Positions 10,743 through 20,826 of a DNA stretch of 64,000 nucleotides are shown one piece after another. A program made the position numbers and the translations under genes. This DNA comes from Candidatus Poriferihabitaceae bacterium. GTDB lineage: Bacteria; Pseudomonadota; Gammaproteobacteria; Arenicellales; Poriferihabitantaceae. How positions within the stretch are numbered: the first letter of the stretch is position 1; each line of letters opens with the position of its first letter. The stretch lies in NCBI GenBank assembly GCA_965223465.1, contig OZ245025.1:845900-909899 (forward strand). Reading direction: 5' to 3'. The notes beneath the pieces are model-generated. The model was not told the DNA's origin. It ran no database searches and was given only the letters and a program-made list of their open reading frames with translations.

Positions 10743-12194
10743 TTACTGAACCACCTTGGCCTCAAACCCGACCGCGTCAGACGGAGGATTATTTAATTTA
10801 ATCAAAACCTTGCCGAGCTTGTTGGGCTTTATTACCTGGGTTTTCCCATTTTCAGACCGAGCATCAACGAAGCTGTCATGCGACTTGAAATACTCCACTG
10901 GTTCGATGACACGCTGCCCTGCAATAGAACCGTCCAATCGTTTTAAGGTGATCAATATTCTTGGGTAGACCTGTTCAACTGCAGATTTATTTATCATAAA
11001 TATGGAGATATGCAGATTCCGTTTGGGTAGGCGTATTTCATCCATTCTAGACACTACGATCTCATAGGCATCGATATCATATTTAGCCACCGTGCAGGGT
11101 AAATATTCACAAACACCAGCGCGCATTGCCTGGACCGCGGGTTGATCTTTATATGCTGGGTATAGTTTGTCTTTTATTTGACCGAATAGAACATAAGCCA
11201 ACGCGATAGACAATACCGTCCAAAACAAAAAAGTAGCTATTTTGGTTAGCACTACCATCAACGGAGATATGCCACTACGCTCTGGTATCTCAGCCTCATC
11301 GTTAATCAAGGAAACGACTGGTGCCTCGCCGTCCTCGTCCTCATTATCTTCATCCACGTGATCACTCGAAACCAGCGCTTCAGATGATGCTTCCTCGATT
11401 TGTGCCATTGAGGGTAATACATCCTGCTCGTTATCTGAGTGATTTTCCTCTTGCTGGTCCGTTACATTTGTCGGCGTATCGTCAGTTTCAATTACATCTT
11501 CTGACTCAAGTTCAGCTACATTGTCAATCTCAAGTTGGTCTTCTGGCTCAACCTCCGAGTTATCTTTTCCATCTACTATATGTTCTGACCAATCTTCTAC
11601 AGGTGCATCCGCTTGCCCGTCCTGTATCGACGCCCATTGTTCATCAGGTGTATCTTGATCCGTAAAGTGGTTAGTCCGGATGTTGACTTCATCCAGCGCG
11701 GCTTGTTCGTCTTCCAATAAGGAGGCTAACGTTTCTTCCAGCTCGTCATCATTCTCACCACCGTCTGCTTCAAGATGCTGATCATGATCCACATAGGTTG
11801 CTTGATCAGCCACACCTCCGTCTTCTCCATCGTCCTCGTCACCAATGCTGAAAATTGGGTCAGAACCAAGGTCTAGGGTTTCGTCCGTTTCAATAGTGGG
11901 TTCAATCAAATCTTCTTCATAGTCGTCTTCCAGTTCTCGAAAACGAATGTTGACCCCATCATCCGGCTCTGCATTAATTTGTGGCTCGATACGTTGGTTG
12001 TCATCTACCCCGTTTTGTTTGAACGAGGACTCCGAAGTAGGCCGCTGTTTATTTCGGTAGCGATGGAGTAAGACTTGATCGTGGATATTGAACTTATAAT
12101 TACACTTGCCACAGCGGACAAATCCGCCATACGCGTCCACCTGTTCCGCACTGATACTATATTGGGATTTACAATGTGGACATTGGGTTTGCAT
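10743..12194 (-). CDS. Zinc-ribbon (MJ0042-type) / DUF3426-like membrane protein with a long acidic linker
   Basis: N-terminal MQTQCPHCKSQYSI...VRCGKCNYKF double-CxxC ribbon, roughly 250 aa of D/E-rich low complexity, one TM helix (LMVVLTKIATFLFWTVLSIALAYVLF) and a C-terminal beta-rich domain. The conserved location is between prmA and dusB. Confidence 0.7.
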   Translation of the reverse strand: MQTQCPHCKSQYSISAEQVDAYGGFVRCGKCNYKFNIHDQVLLHRYRNKQRPTSESSFKQNGVDDNQRIEPQINAEPDDGVNIRFRELEDDYEEDLIEPTIETDETLDLGSDPIFSIGDEDDGEDGGVADQATYVDHDQHLEADGGENDDELEETLASLLEDEQAALDEVNIRTNHFTDQDTPDEQWASIQDGQADAPVEDWSEHIVDGKDNSEVEPEDQLEIDNVAELESEDVIETDDTPTNVTDQQEENHSDNEQDVLPSMAQIEEASSEALVSSDHVDEDNEDEDGEAPVVSLINDEAEIPERSGISPLMVVLTKIATFLFWTVLSIALAYVLFGQIKDKLYPAYKDQPAVQAMRAGVCEYLPCTVAKYDIDAYEIVVSRMDEIRLPKRNLHISIFMINKSAVEQVYPRILITLKRLDGSIAGQRVIEPVEYFKSHDSFVDARSENGKTQVIKPNKLGKVLIKLNNPPSDAVGFEAKVVQ

Positions 12195-12230
12195 GTTTAT
12201 TACAACTGCGTTTTGGGTCAGACGAGGTTT

Positions 12231-13112
12231 TTAATCTACCGAGGGCTGTTTACGCCCGACTAATACGACCCAGGTGCCGGTCGCAAACTGGGTAAAAGCA
12301 AACTGTGATTGATAGGCTGAGATAACTTGCTTCGCTTGTTTCCCCAAAATACCTGACAACACGATTACGCTGTTCGGTTTGCTATGTGCGATTAAGCGCG
12401 GTGCTAGATCTATCAAAGCAAAGGCAAGAATATTCGCCACCACGACATCGAATTTTCTGCCTTCAATTTCATCAGCAGATTGTATGGTAAACTGCTCGAC
12501 AACTCCATTATTAAGCGCATTTTCTTGCGCAACTTGTTCCGCCTTTGGGTCAATATCCACACCAATCGCTGATTTGGCTCCCAACTTCAACGCAGTGATG
12601 GCCAATATGCCTGATCCACAACCAAAATCGAGTACCGACTTACCTATAAGTTTCAGACGATTTAACGCTTGCATACATAAACGCGTAGTCTCATGGCTTC
12701 CGGTACCAAATGCCATACCAGGGTCAATTTTAATCACCTTGTTTCTGGTCTGGGGTGCTTCGATCCAACTTGGGTAAACCCAAAGATTTGGCGCGATCTG
12801 CATCGGTTCAAATTGCGTCAGCCAAACCGTCTCCCAATCCTGATCTGGCAAATGGCTTAATTCAATATCGCAACTAAAATCAAGCCGCGCTCGCAACGCT
12901 TCTTGTAAGTGCTCGCCCTGCCCCCTGTCCTCAAACAAGCTGGTGACTTTTTGCTGATTCCATTTTGGTTCGCCAGGATATGCAAGATCATAATAACTGT
13001 CCTCGCCTGCGTTTTCTTGGGTGGTTGCCAGCGAACCCAGCACTTCCATCGCTTTGACGACTTGCGCGGCTTGCTCAACCGATACCCGTACGCTTAGCTG
13101 TAACCAATTCAA
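12231..13112 (-). CDS. prmA: Ribosomal protein L11 methyltransferase
   Basis: 293 aa with a TTG start. SAM motif (VLDFGCGSGILAI). PrmA-type N-terminus (NWLQLSV). Confidence 0.9.
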   Translation of the reverse strand: MNWLQLSVRVSVEQAAQVVKAMEVLGSLATTQENAGEDSYYDLAYPGEPKWNQQKVTSLFEDRGQGEHLQEALRARLDFSCDIELSHLPDQDWETVWLTQFEPMQIAPNLWVYPSWIEAPQTRNKVIKIDPGMAFGTGSHETTRLCMQALNRLKLIGKSVLDFGCGSGILAITALKLGAKSAIGVDIDPKAEQVAQENALNNGVVEQFTIQSADEIEGRKFDVVVANILAFALIDLAPRLIAHSKPNSVIVLSGILGKQAKQVISAYQSQFAFTQFATGTWVVLVGRKQPSVD

Positions 13113-13292
13113 GGCTAGCTTAACAACGGTCTATACACCGTTAAGCGAAATAAAGCATTCCGTCTTGCAATGACGCCTCGCCGGGTAATGGGAATCCAAC
13201 CAAGAAAAAGTAGGTTCGCTAACATTCGTCGCTGGAACAGGCCATAATAAGCCTGCTTTCAATGGCTTAATCTCTGAAGTAAGCGACATCAC

Positions 13293-14639
13293 TTAACTTT
13301 TTAAGCCCAACTTCTTCTCCAAATAGTGAATATCCTGCTCCCCCCGCGTAAAGCCTTCATCCTGAAGTAGTTCCCGATGTAATGGCAGATTGGTCTTGAT
13401 CCCGTCAACCACCATTTCTTCCAACGCGCCGCGCATACGCGCAATCGCTTGATCACGCGTGGGCCCAGAAACAATCAGCTTACCAATCAAAGAGTCATAA
13501 TACGGCGGAACGACATAATTGGTAAATATATGCGAATCAACCCGCACGCCTGGTCCACCAGGCATATGCAGTTGTTTAATATTGCCCGGAGACGGTAAAA
13601 AATTCTCTGGATCTTCCGCATTGATGCGGCATTCAATCGCATGGCCACTAAAACTTATCTCATCCTGCTGATAGCTGATTGGCGCCCCGCCCGCAACGAG
13701 CAATTGCTCTTCAAGCAAATCGACATTACAAATTTCTTCGGTAACTGGGTGCTCTACCTGAATACGCGTGTTCATCTCGATGAAATAAAACTCACCATCT
13801 TCGTATAAAAATTCGAATGTTCCGGCACCTCGATAACCTATAGCACACGCCGCTTCGGCACACCGCAGCCCAATTTTCTGCCGTACCTCATCAGATATTC
13901 CCGGCGCGGGCGCCTCTTCGATGACTTTTTGATGCCGCCGCTGCATAGAACAATCTCGATCACCCAAATGGATGGCATTCCCGTGTTCGTCAGCCAGGAT
14001 CTGAATTTCGACATGGCGAGGCTTACCCAGGTATTTTTCCATGTAGACCACATCATTGTTAAATGCCGCCGCAGCTTCTTGACGCGTCAACTTGATCGCC
14101 TGCACCAATTCCTCTTCGCGTTCCACCACACGCATCCCTTTTCCACCGCCACCCCCTGAAGCCTTGACAATTACCGGGTAACCAATCTCATGGGCCATTT
14201 TTTTGATCGCATCATAATCGTCGCCCAGGGGCCCATCAGACCCAGGGACACAGGGTACACCCGCTGCTTTCATGGCTTGAATGGCCGCGATTTTATCGCC
14301 CATAATGCGAATGGTTTCACTTTTTGGGCCAACGAATATAAAGCCGCTCTGCTCTACACGTTCTGAAAAATCGGCATTTTCTGATAAAAACCCATAACCC
14401 GGGTGAATTGCATCCGCTGAAGTGACTTCCGCCGCCGCAATTACCGCTGAGATATTTAAATAACTCTCGGTCGCGGGAGGCGGGCCGATACAAACCGACT
14501 CATCTGCCAAATGAACGTATTTAGCCGCTTTATCCGCAGTTGAATAAAGTGCGACTGATTCGATCCCGAGTTTGCGGCAGGCGCGTAAAATGCGTAAGGC
14601 AATTTCACCGCGGTTGGCGATGACGAGCTTTTTGATCAT
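13293..14639 (-). CDS. accC: Acetyl-CoA carboxylase biotin carboxylase subunit
   Basis: 448 aa. [21 protein letters not shown] start and an ATP-grasp domain. accB-accC pair. Confidence 0.95.
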   Translation of the reverse strand: MIKKLVIANRGEIALRILRACRKLGIESVALYSTADKAAKYVHLADESVCIGPPPATESYLNISAVIAAAEVTSADAIHPGYGFLSENADFSERVEQSGFIFVGPKSETIRIMGDKIAAIQAMKAAGVPCVPGSDGPLGDDYDAIKKMAHEIGYPVIVKASGGGGGKGMRVVEREEELVQAIKLTRQEAAAAFNNDVVYMEKYLGKPRHVEIQILADEHGNAIHLGDRDCSMQRRHQKVIEEAPAPGISDEVRQKIGLRCAEAACAIGYRGAGTFEFLYEDGEFYFIEMNTRIQVEHPVTEEICNVDLLEEQLLVAGGAPISYQQDEISFSGHAIECRINAEDPENFLPSPGNIKQLHMPGGPGVRVDSHIFTNYVVPPYYDSLIGKLIVSGPTRDQAIARMRGALEEMVVDGIKTNLPLHRELLQDEGFTRGEQDIHYLEKKLGLKS

Positions 14640-14651
14640 GGCGCAAGCCTC

Positions 14652-15098
14652 TTAAGCGATAACAAACAGTACTTCGCCAAACTCGACCGGATCACCATCT
14701 TGTTTGGTGATTTCGACGATTGATCCCGCTTTATCCGCCTGAATTTCATTGAAGGTTTTCATCGCTTCAACCACACATAGCGTCGCCCCTATTTGCACGC
14801 TATCGCCAACTTTCACGAAGGGTTCCGCATCCGGACTGGAACGCGAGTAGTAAGTCCCGACGGTGGGTGATTCAACGCCATGGCCTGCAGGTTTCGCTGG
14901 GCTATCTGGTGCTGTAACTGGTACCGGCGCACTAGCCGATCCAACTGATGGTAAGGGTGCTGGGGCTGGTACCGCCGGTGGCGCAGCTGAGCTGTGGCGG
15001 CTCAAGCGAATCGCATCTTTGCCTTCGGTTATTTCTATTTCGGATAAATCGGATGCTTGGAGCAATTCGATCAAGGTTTTAATTTTTCTTAAATCCAC
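14652..15098 (-). CDS. accB: Biotin carboxyl carrier protein of acetyl-CoA carboxylase
   Basis: 148 aa with a GTG start preceded by AGAGGTGA. Ala/Pro linker and the biotinylation motif (VVEAMKTFNEI). Confidence 0.95.
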   Translation of the reverse strand: MDLRKIKTLIELLQASDLSEIEITEGKDAIRLSRHSSAAPPAVPAPAPLPSVGSASAPVPVTAPDSPAKPAGHGVESPTVGTYYSRSSPDAEPFVKVGDSVQIGATLCVVEAMKTFNEIQADKAGSIVEITKQDGDPVEFGEVLFVIA

Positions 15099-15447
15099 AA
15101 AATCACCTCTAAGTAAAAGACGAAATACAGGGTTAATTCAGACCGTTAGACAGTCTGAAGGAATTATTTGAGCGGACTAACTTTAGTTTGCAATGCTGGT
15201 ATTCAAAATCCTGCACGCCAAAACTGGTAAACGAGCCTCGCACACTATCAACTATATTACGTGTACGTAAGCAAGTTATCGCACGCATAGGTATTTCCGC
15301 GTATTGGCGCCATCGCTTGATTTAGCTGCTCCGATAAAGAAGGCCGATTTTAAACGAATTTATATCTATTTACGCGCATTTAATTGCAAAAACGCAAATT
15401 TCGTTTGGATCATATCGACCTGTTTTGTGAATGAAAAAGTAGCAACC
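15099..15447 (-). promoter_or_regulatory. accBC promoter plus a long 5' leader, containing a stem-loop at 15137-15159
   Basis: 349-nt non-coding gap upstream of accB. A perfect 7-bp stem (ttcagac-N9-gtctgaa) lies about 40 nt upstream of the GTG start. E. coli accBC is also transcribed with a long leader and is autoregulated. Confidence 0.35.
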
Positions 15448-16203
15448 CTAGCGCACCTGCCCATGCAAATACTGCTGACGTAGTGCTGGTTCAAACTTTT
15501 CAATCGCGTAGCGTAACATGGTACGTGGCATTTGTTTGTAGTGTTGCTTCAAATATTGCGTTTCAGTTTCTAGGTCGCGTTTGCCAATTTCTCTGAGCAT
15601 CCAACCCACTGCCTTGTGAATCAAGTCTTGATCATCATGTAAAAGCACGTGGGCGACTTGCAAACTGGTGGCATAGCGCTTTTGCTTAATAAAGAAATAA
15701 GTTGCCAATGTCGCTATTCTGCGCTCCCAGAGCGACGCAGATTTAGCCAGCTTGAATAACACAGATTTATCCCGATTATTCAAATAGCCACCAACAATAT
15801 GCGGTGCTGAGCTATCAACCAAATCCCAGTTATTGATCGAATGCGTATTGCGTAAATATATCTGATAGATTTTTTTCTGTTGCGCTGCTTCCCCAACCTG
15901 AAAATGCGCCACCAGTAGCAATAGCGCGAATAACCGAACCTCATGATATTTCGAATCCAGCAATAATTCTGCATCTTCGATGGTGGCTAACTTAAACTGA
16001 CGCACCGCCTGACGGATGACCGGCACGCGGATTCCCAGAAAAACATCCCCTTCACCATATTCGCCTTTCCCGGTTTTGAAAAATCGCTTTGAATGGGCCG
16101 CAATTTCTGGGTTGGCCAATAATTGCAAATGTTCAATGATTTGCTCGCTTATCATCGCATTAGTATAAATCACAATCAGAGATACCATCGGTGTGTATTT
16201 CAA
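15448..16203 (-). CDS. DNA alkylation repair protein (AlkC/AlkD-like HEAT-repeat family)
   Basis: HEAT-like helical repeats with family-typical blocks (AAHSKRFFKTG...FLGIRVPVIRQ, NNWDLVDSSAP, WERRIA, KAVGWMLRE). An alternative start at 16155 (MISEQIIEHL) is plausible. Confidence 0.7.
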   Translation of the reverse strand: MKYTPMVSLIVIYTNAMISEQIIEHLQLLANPEIAAHSKRFFKTGKGEYGEGDVFLGIRVPVIRQAVRQFKLATIEDAELLLDSKYHEVRLFALLLLVAHFQVGEAAQQKKIYQIYLRNTHSINNWDLVDSSAPHIVGGYLNNRDKSVLFKLAKSASLWERRIATLATYFFIKQKRYATSLQVAHVLLHDDQDLIHKAVGWMLREIGKRDLETETQYLKQHYKQMPRTMLRYAIEKFEPALRQQYLHGQVR

Positions 16204-16246
16204 GGCCTACCTTTACTTTCGTCCTCGAATAGTTCAATAATCAATA

Positions 16247-17128
16247 ATGAACGCTTCATCTACGCTTAAAGGTGTCCTGCTAATGTTGTTGGGCGTCAGT
16301 TTATTGTCTATCATGGATTCTGTGGTGAAGTGGTTGCTGTTGCACGGCGTTAGCGTTATCCAGATTATCGCCATTCGAGGCTGGCTGATAACTCTGGTAT
16401 TGATGCTAAGCTTACCCAAGCAAGGTGGCTGGCAAAGTCTACGTACCGCTCAGCTCAAGCTACATATTGTGCGGACGGTCATTGGGTTTTTTGCCCCGTT
16501 GTGCTTTTTCCTATCGCTTAAATTTCTACCTCTGGCTGACACCACCGCGATTTTCTTTTGCACCACTTTCTTTATGGTCGCTGGTTCCAAAGTATTTCTC
16601 GGCGAGGAAGTCGGCCTGCATCGTTGGGCGGCTGTTGTGATTGGTTTTGTCGGTGTTCTATTCGTCGCTTCGCCGGGCAGTGCTAGCTTCCGCCCAGCAG
16701 CTTTCCTCCCATTGATTGCGGGTGCCTCTTATGCCGTGATAATTTTGTCCGGACGCGTACTGGTCAGAACCGATTCACCAATGAAATTAGTTTTCTACTT
16801 CAACGCTTTTAATACCCTTATCGCGTCATTTTTACTGCCATTCTTTTGGATAAGCCCTTCGCTACAAGAGTTATTGGTATTATTAATTGTTGCAGGGTTG
16901 GCACTCGCTGGCTATTTTTGTCTGACCCACGCTTTTACCCTCGCACCCATTAGCGCGATCGCGCCGATAGAATACCTTTCTCTGGTTTGGGCGACTCTGC
17001 TGGGCTATTTTTTCTGGAACGAAATACCCACACAGATAGCCTGGCTCGGCATGATGCTTATCCTTTCCGCAGGTTTATACATAATGTGGCGTGAAAGTCA
17101 GCACCAAAAAGTGACCGAAGTAACCTAG
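16247..17128 (+). CDS. DMT-superfamily (EamA-type) transporter
   Basis: 293 aa with about 10 TM helices in two EamA-like halves. This is the only plus-strand gene in the first 31 kb. Confidence 0.8.
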   Translation: MNASSTLKGVLLMLLGVSLLSIMDSVVKWLLLHGVSVIQIIAIRGWLITLVLMLSLPKQGGWQSLRTAQLKLHIVRTVIGFFAPLCFFLSLKFLPLADTTAIFFCTTFFMVAGSKVFLGEEVGLHRWAAVVIGFVGVLFVASPGSASFRPAAFLPLIAGASYAVIILSGRVLVRTDSPMKLVFYFNAFNTLIASFLLPFFWISPSLQELLVLLIVAGLALAGYFCLTHAFTLAPISAIAPIEYLSLVWATLLGYFFWNEIPTQIAWLGMMLILSAGLYIMWRESQHQKVTEVT

Positions 17129-17136
17129 AAAACAAG

Positions 17137-17601
17137 CTAACTACTTGCCACTGCCTGGGCGATGCTTTTTAGTTTGGCCACCATTGACTCCAGACCATTA
17201 CCTCTTGTTGGGCTAATATGACTAATTAAATCAAGAGTTTGAAAAATACTTTGCACATCAAGGCCAAGGATTTCGCTGGGTGATTTCCCGTTATGGATCG
17301 CCAAAACGATGGCGGCAAGCCCTTTAACGATCAAGGCATCACTATCGATCAAATAATACAGCTTGTCGTGCTGCTCATCGAAGTAAGCACTTAACCAGAC
17401 CTGGCTCTGACAACCCTGAATTTTATTTTCATCTATCCGCGCATCAGCTGGGTATTCAGGTAGTTTTTTTCCCAAATCAATAATATAAGCATAACGATCC
17501 TCCCAATTTTCAAGCAGCTCGAATGTTTCTATTATTCGATCGATACTGATATCATTACCAAAATCATTATCAATATAGATTTCAGGTTGAATATTGCTCA
17601 T
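17137..17601 (-). CDS. sufE: Cysteine desulfuration sulfur-acceptor protein SufE/CsdE
   Basis: 154 aa with the SufE active-site context (KIQGCQSQVWL). Lies downstream of sufS. Confidence 0.85.
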   Translation of the reverse strand: MSNIQPEIYIDNDFGNDISIDRIIETFELLENWEDRYAYIIDLGKKLPEYPADARIDENKIQGCQSQVWLSAYFDEQHDKLYYLIDSDALIVKGLAAIVLAIHNGKSPSEILGLDVQSIFQTLDLISHISPTRGNGLESMVAKLKSIAQAVASS

Positions 17602-17622
17602 ATTTAATTGTTTTAAAAAGTT

Positions 17623-18855
17623 TTATTCAACAAGCATGGCCTGTATTTTCTGCAAAGCCTGGAAAAGCTGCCGCACTTCCTGCTCAGTATTATAAAAAGC
17701 AAACGAGGCGCGCGCTGTCCCGGAAGTATTGAAGAACGCCATCAGCGGCATCGCACAGTGATTACCCGTCCGAATAGCGATGCCTTGTTGGTTTAGTAAG
17801 GTGCCGATATCGCTGGAATGGAGTCCATCGATTAAGAACGACATAACCGGTACTTTATTCTCAGCCGTTCCAACAATGCGCATACCAGGAACGGATTGGA
17901 CCAGTTCATTTGCTAATCCCAATAGATTTTGCTCAGCCGCCTCAACCTGCTCGCGCTCGAAAGACTGAAAATATTGTAGCGCGGCATCAAACCCTGCCGC
18001 TTCGCTAATCGCGGGTGTGCCCGCCTCAAATTTATACGGCAGCTTGGCATAGGTCGTTTTTTCAAACGTCACCGTTTCTATCATTTCCCCCCCACCCTGA
18101 TAAGGCGGCAGCGCATCAAGTTGGTGTTCCTTGCCGTAGAGCACACCAATACCGGTTGGGCCAAATAATTTATGGCTGGAAAAAGCGTAAAAATCGCAAT
18201 CAAGCTCGGTCACATCCACCTTTATATGCGGCGCAGCTTGCGCACCGTCCACCACGGTAATGATTCCACGCGCTTTGGCGGTGGCAATCATCTGTTTGAC
18301 CGGGTTAATGGTTCCCATCACGTTCGAGACATGTGTGATCGCCAGCACTCTGGTCTTTTCACTCAGCAAAGATTCGAACGCCTCAGGTAAAAGTTCACCT
18401 TTTTCGTTTAACTCGATCACCTTGATTTGCGCACCGCTTCTTTCAGCCGCCATCTGCCAGGGAACGATATTGGCGTGATGTTCCATCCGGCTTAAGATAA
18501 TTTCATCACCTGACTGCAGGCTATCTCTGAGCCCATGCGCAACGATATTTATCGCTTCGGTGGTACCGCGGGTCCAGATGATCTCCTCGCGTTTTTGTGC
18601 ATGAATGAACTGACGTACTGTTTCTCGGGCGTTTTCAAACGCGTTAGTCGCCCTATCTCCCAACTCATGCGCACCGCGATGTACGTTAGCGTTGGCATGC
18701 TGATAATAGGCTTCAATCGTATCCATCACCACCTGGGGTTTTTGTGCGGTCGCGGCATTATCAAAGTAAATGAGCGGCTTGCCATTGACCTGTTCATCCA
18801 GAATGGGGAAATCTGCCCGAATGTGATTCACATCGAAACCTTTAGCAGTATTCAT
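17623..18855 (-). CDS. sufS: Cysteine desulfurase, SufS/CsdA subfamily (PLP-dependent)
   Basis: 410 aa. Class V aminotransferase blocks (FSSHKLFGPTGIGVLYG with the PLP lysine; RTGNHCAMP with the active-site cysteine). Confidence 0.9.
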   Translation of the reverse strand: MNTAKGFDVNHIRADFPILDEQVNGKPLIYFDNAATAQKPQVVMDTIEAYYQHANANVHRGAHELGDRATNAFENARETVRQFIHAQKREEIIWTRGTTEAINIVAHGLRDSLQSGDEIILSRMEHHANIVPWQMAAERSGAQIKVIELNEKGELLPEAFESLLSEKTRVLAITHVSNVMGTINPVKQMIATAKARGIITVVDGAQAAPHIKVDVTELDCDFYAFSSHKLFGPTGIGVLYGKEHQLDALPPYQGGGEMIETVTFEKTTYAKLPYKFEAGTPAISEAAGFDAALQYFQSFEREQVEAAEQNLLGLANELVQSVPGMRIVGTAENKVPVMSFLIDGLHSSDIGTLLNQQGIAIRTGNHCAMPLMAFFNTSGTARASFAFYNTEQEVRQLFQALQKIQAMLVE

Positions 18856-18878
18856 TACCTAAGCATCCAATCGATTAG

Positions 18879-19343
18879 TTATATTTTCTTGATATCAGCG
18901 ATATCAACCAACTCCCAATTACCGCTATTGCGATACAAGCGTTTGCCCTGATTGGGGTAATCTGATATGTCCTGTTGCAAACGTTGTCCCATGACCAAAC
19001 AAACCAGCAAAGCCTCGTCATCATTGACAATATCGTGCGCACTCCCATCGCAGGGAAATCCAAGAAAGTCTCCCTGCTCTATCGTTATTTTTTTACCCTG
19101 GATGGTTGCCGTTGCTTTACCTGAAAGTACGTAAATACATTCTTCCTCGTAATAATGCTTGTGATATTCTGTCGTAGCATGACCTGGCTCAACCTCAATG
19201 ATATGCACCCCCATATTTTTTAAACCAACCGCGTCACCCAGCGATTTATTACGTCTTTTCGCATTGGCATTGAGAAAATGGGTTTTTTCCTGCGCTTGCA
19301 TGCTTGCAATCTCGGCGGATTTAAGTACATGTTTAAGTTTCAA
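18879..19343 (-). CDS. Cupin-domain protein of unknown function
   Basis: 154 aa. Cupin metal motif (GHATTEYHKHYYEEECIYVLSG...GDFLGFP...AHD). Its start overlaps the lnt stop by 11 nt. Confidence 0.7.
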   Translation of the reverse strand: MKLKHVLKSAEIASMQAQEKTHFLNANAKRRNKSLGDAVGLKNMGVHIIEVEPGHATTEYHKHYYEEECIYVLSGKATATIQGKKITIEQGDFLGFPCDGSAHDIVNDDEALLVCLVMGQRLQQDISDYPNQGKRLYRNSGNWELVDIADIKKI

Positions 19344-20826
19344 TAGCGCGCCCTCTTAACCAGCAAAAGCCCAAGCTTATCAGTAAACAGAGCCATAGTG
19401 GCCACTGACCATATTGGGTATAGGGTGTCTCCCCCTGCATACCAAATACCGGTGTATTAAATAGGGCCGGTTGAAATTGTGGACTAATCGCATCTGATTC
19501 ACCAAACGCATCGATTACGGTTGATAGACCAGTATTCGATACCCGGATTAAGGGACGCTGAAATTCTATGGTACGCATGCGCGCCATTTGCAGGCGTTGA
19601 TGCGGTGCAAATGAATCTCCAAACCAGGCATCTTCGCTTATATTTAGCAATATATTTGCCTCACTAACCTGCTGACGCCAGTCTTCCGGGAAGGCATCTT
19701 CGTAGCAAATCGTAGGCAGCAACAGCAATCCATTAACCTTCATGCTCGGTTGTGTAGAATCCCCACGGGTAAAATTCGACATTGGTATCTCCAACGCATT
19801 AAATAACCAGCCTAAAAGCGGCTTTAACGGAAAATATTCTCCAAAGGGCACCAAATGCCGCTTTCGATACACTTGAATTTGCTCTTCGGTTAATAATGCC
19901 AGACCATTGAATGCACGGGTCTGCTGCTTCACTTTTTCTGTTTCAATGACGCCAAACATCAATTGGCCTGATAGGGCACGTAATTCGCTTAGATATTGCT
20001 CAGGTATTTCATCTAACACCATGGGCAGGGCCCCTTCGGGCCATATGATCAAATCAGTTTCTTGCACCGCTTTAGAAGCGGCCAAATAGGTTTGCATTAT
20101 GTCTTCGCGATGCTCAGGCAGCCATTTTTGCGCTAAAGGAATATCTGCCTGCACGAGGGTTACATCAATCGGTTGACCCACAGGTTCTGTCCATCTGACG
20201 GATGAAATCGACCAAGAACCCAACGTCAGCACGCCCAGTATTGTACCAACCAGAAAGTACGCGCGTGTTTCATTGACACGTACGCTATAGGCCAACATAC
20301 CCGCGATAGTCGCGCCTATAAAACTTACCATCAACACGCCCGCAATAGTCGCCCATCCCGAGTACCAGGTATCAACCAAGGCATACCCCAGTTGGAGCCA
20401 GGAAAACCCTGTAAGCACACTGCCCCTTAGCCCCTCAAAAACAACCCATAACACGGGCAGTAGGAAGATTTGTTGGTAAAGCGCAGTAAAATCCGCTTCG
20501 ATCCACTTGTAGACCATCACCAGCACCAACAAGAAGGTACTCAATAGCAAAGCAAATAGAACCACCGCAATCACGGCCATAAATGGCGCCATTCCACCAA
20601 AATTGACCATGCTTACATACACCCAGGAGACGCCTACCCCATAAACCACTAGCCCGTAGATGAGTGCAGACCAAAGCGCGTCCCGTCGGTTTAGTTTTGC
20701 CCATAACGAAAACATGATAGCGACCGATACCAACGTAAGTGGCCACCAGGCAAACGGCGCAAACCCAAATGGATATATCGCGCCAGCGACTATACTTACC
20801 AGAACGAACTGCAGATTATGCTTCAT
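19333..20826 (-). CDS. lnt: Apolipoprotein N-acyltransferase
   Basis: N-terminal polytopic membrane domain plus a C-terminal CN-hydrolase domain (IIWPEGALP, RKRHLVPFGEYFP, ICYEDAFPE). I chose the start at MKHNLQFVL (ATG 20826). The longer track ORF to 21018 runs through ybeY. Confidence 0.9.
   Translation of the reverse strand: MKHNLQFVLVSIVAGAIYPFGFAPFAWWPLTLVSVAIMFSLWAKLNRRDALWSALIYGLVVYGVGVSWVYVSMVNFGGMAPFMAVIAVVLFALLLSTFLLVLVMVYKWIEADFTALYQQIFLLPVLWVVFEGLRGSVLTGFSWLQLGYALVDTWYSGWATIAGVLMVSFIGATIAGMLAYSVRVNETRAYFLVGTILGVLTLGSWSISSVRWTEPVGQPIDVTLVQADIPLAQKWLPEHREDIMQTYLAASKAVQETDLIIWPEGALPMVLDEIPEQYLSELRALSGQLMFGVIETEKVKQQTRAFNGLALLTEEQIQVYRKRHLVPFGEYFPLKPLLGWLFNALEIPMSNFTRGDSTQPSMKVNGLLLLPTICYEDAFPEDWRQQVSEANILLNISEDAWFGDSFAPHQRLQMARMRTIEFQRPLIRVSNTGLSTVIDAFGESDAISPQFQPALFNTPVFGMQGETPYTQYGQWPLWLCLLISLGFCWLRGRAIET

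Noticed and set aside
13131-13289. Unlisted 52-aa minus-strand ORF (MSLTSEIKPLKAGLLWPVPATNVSEPTFSWLDSHYPARRHCKTECFISLNGV). It fills the accC-prmA gap, which is the position of yhdT in E. coli.
   Set aside because: It has no Shine-Dalgarno and contains rare codons such as AGG. It is not hydrophobic like YhdT. I cannot support it as a gene without conservation or expression data.
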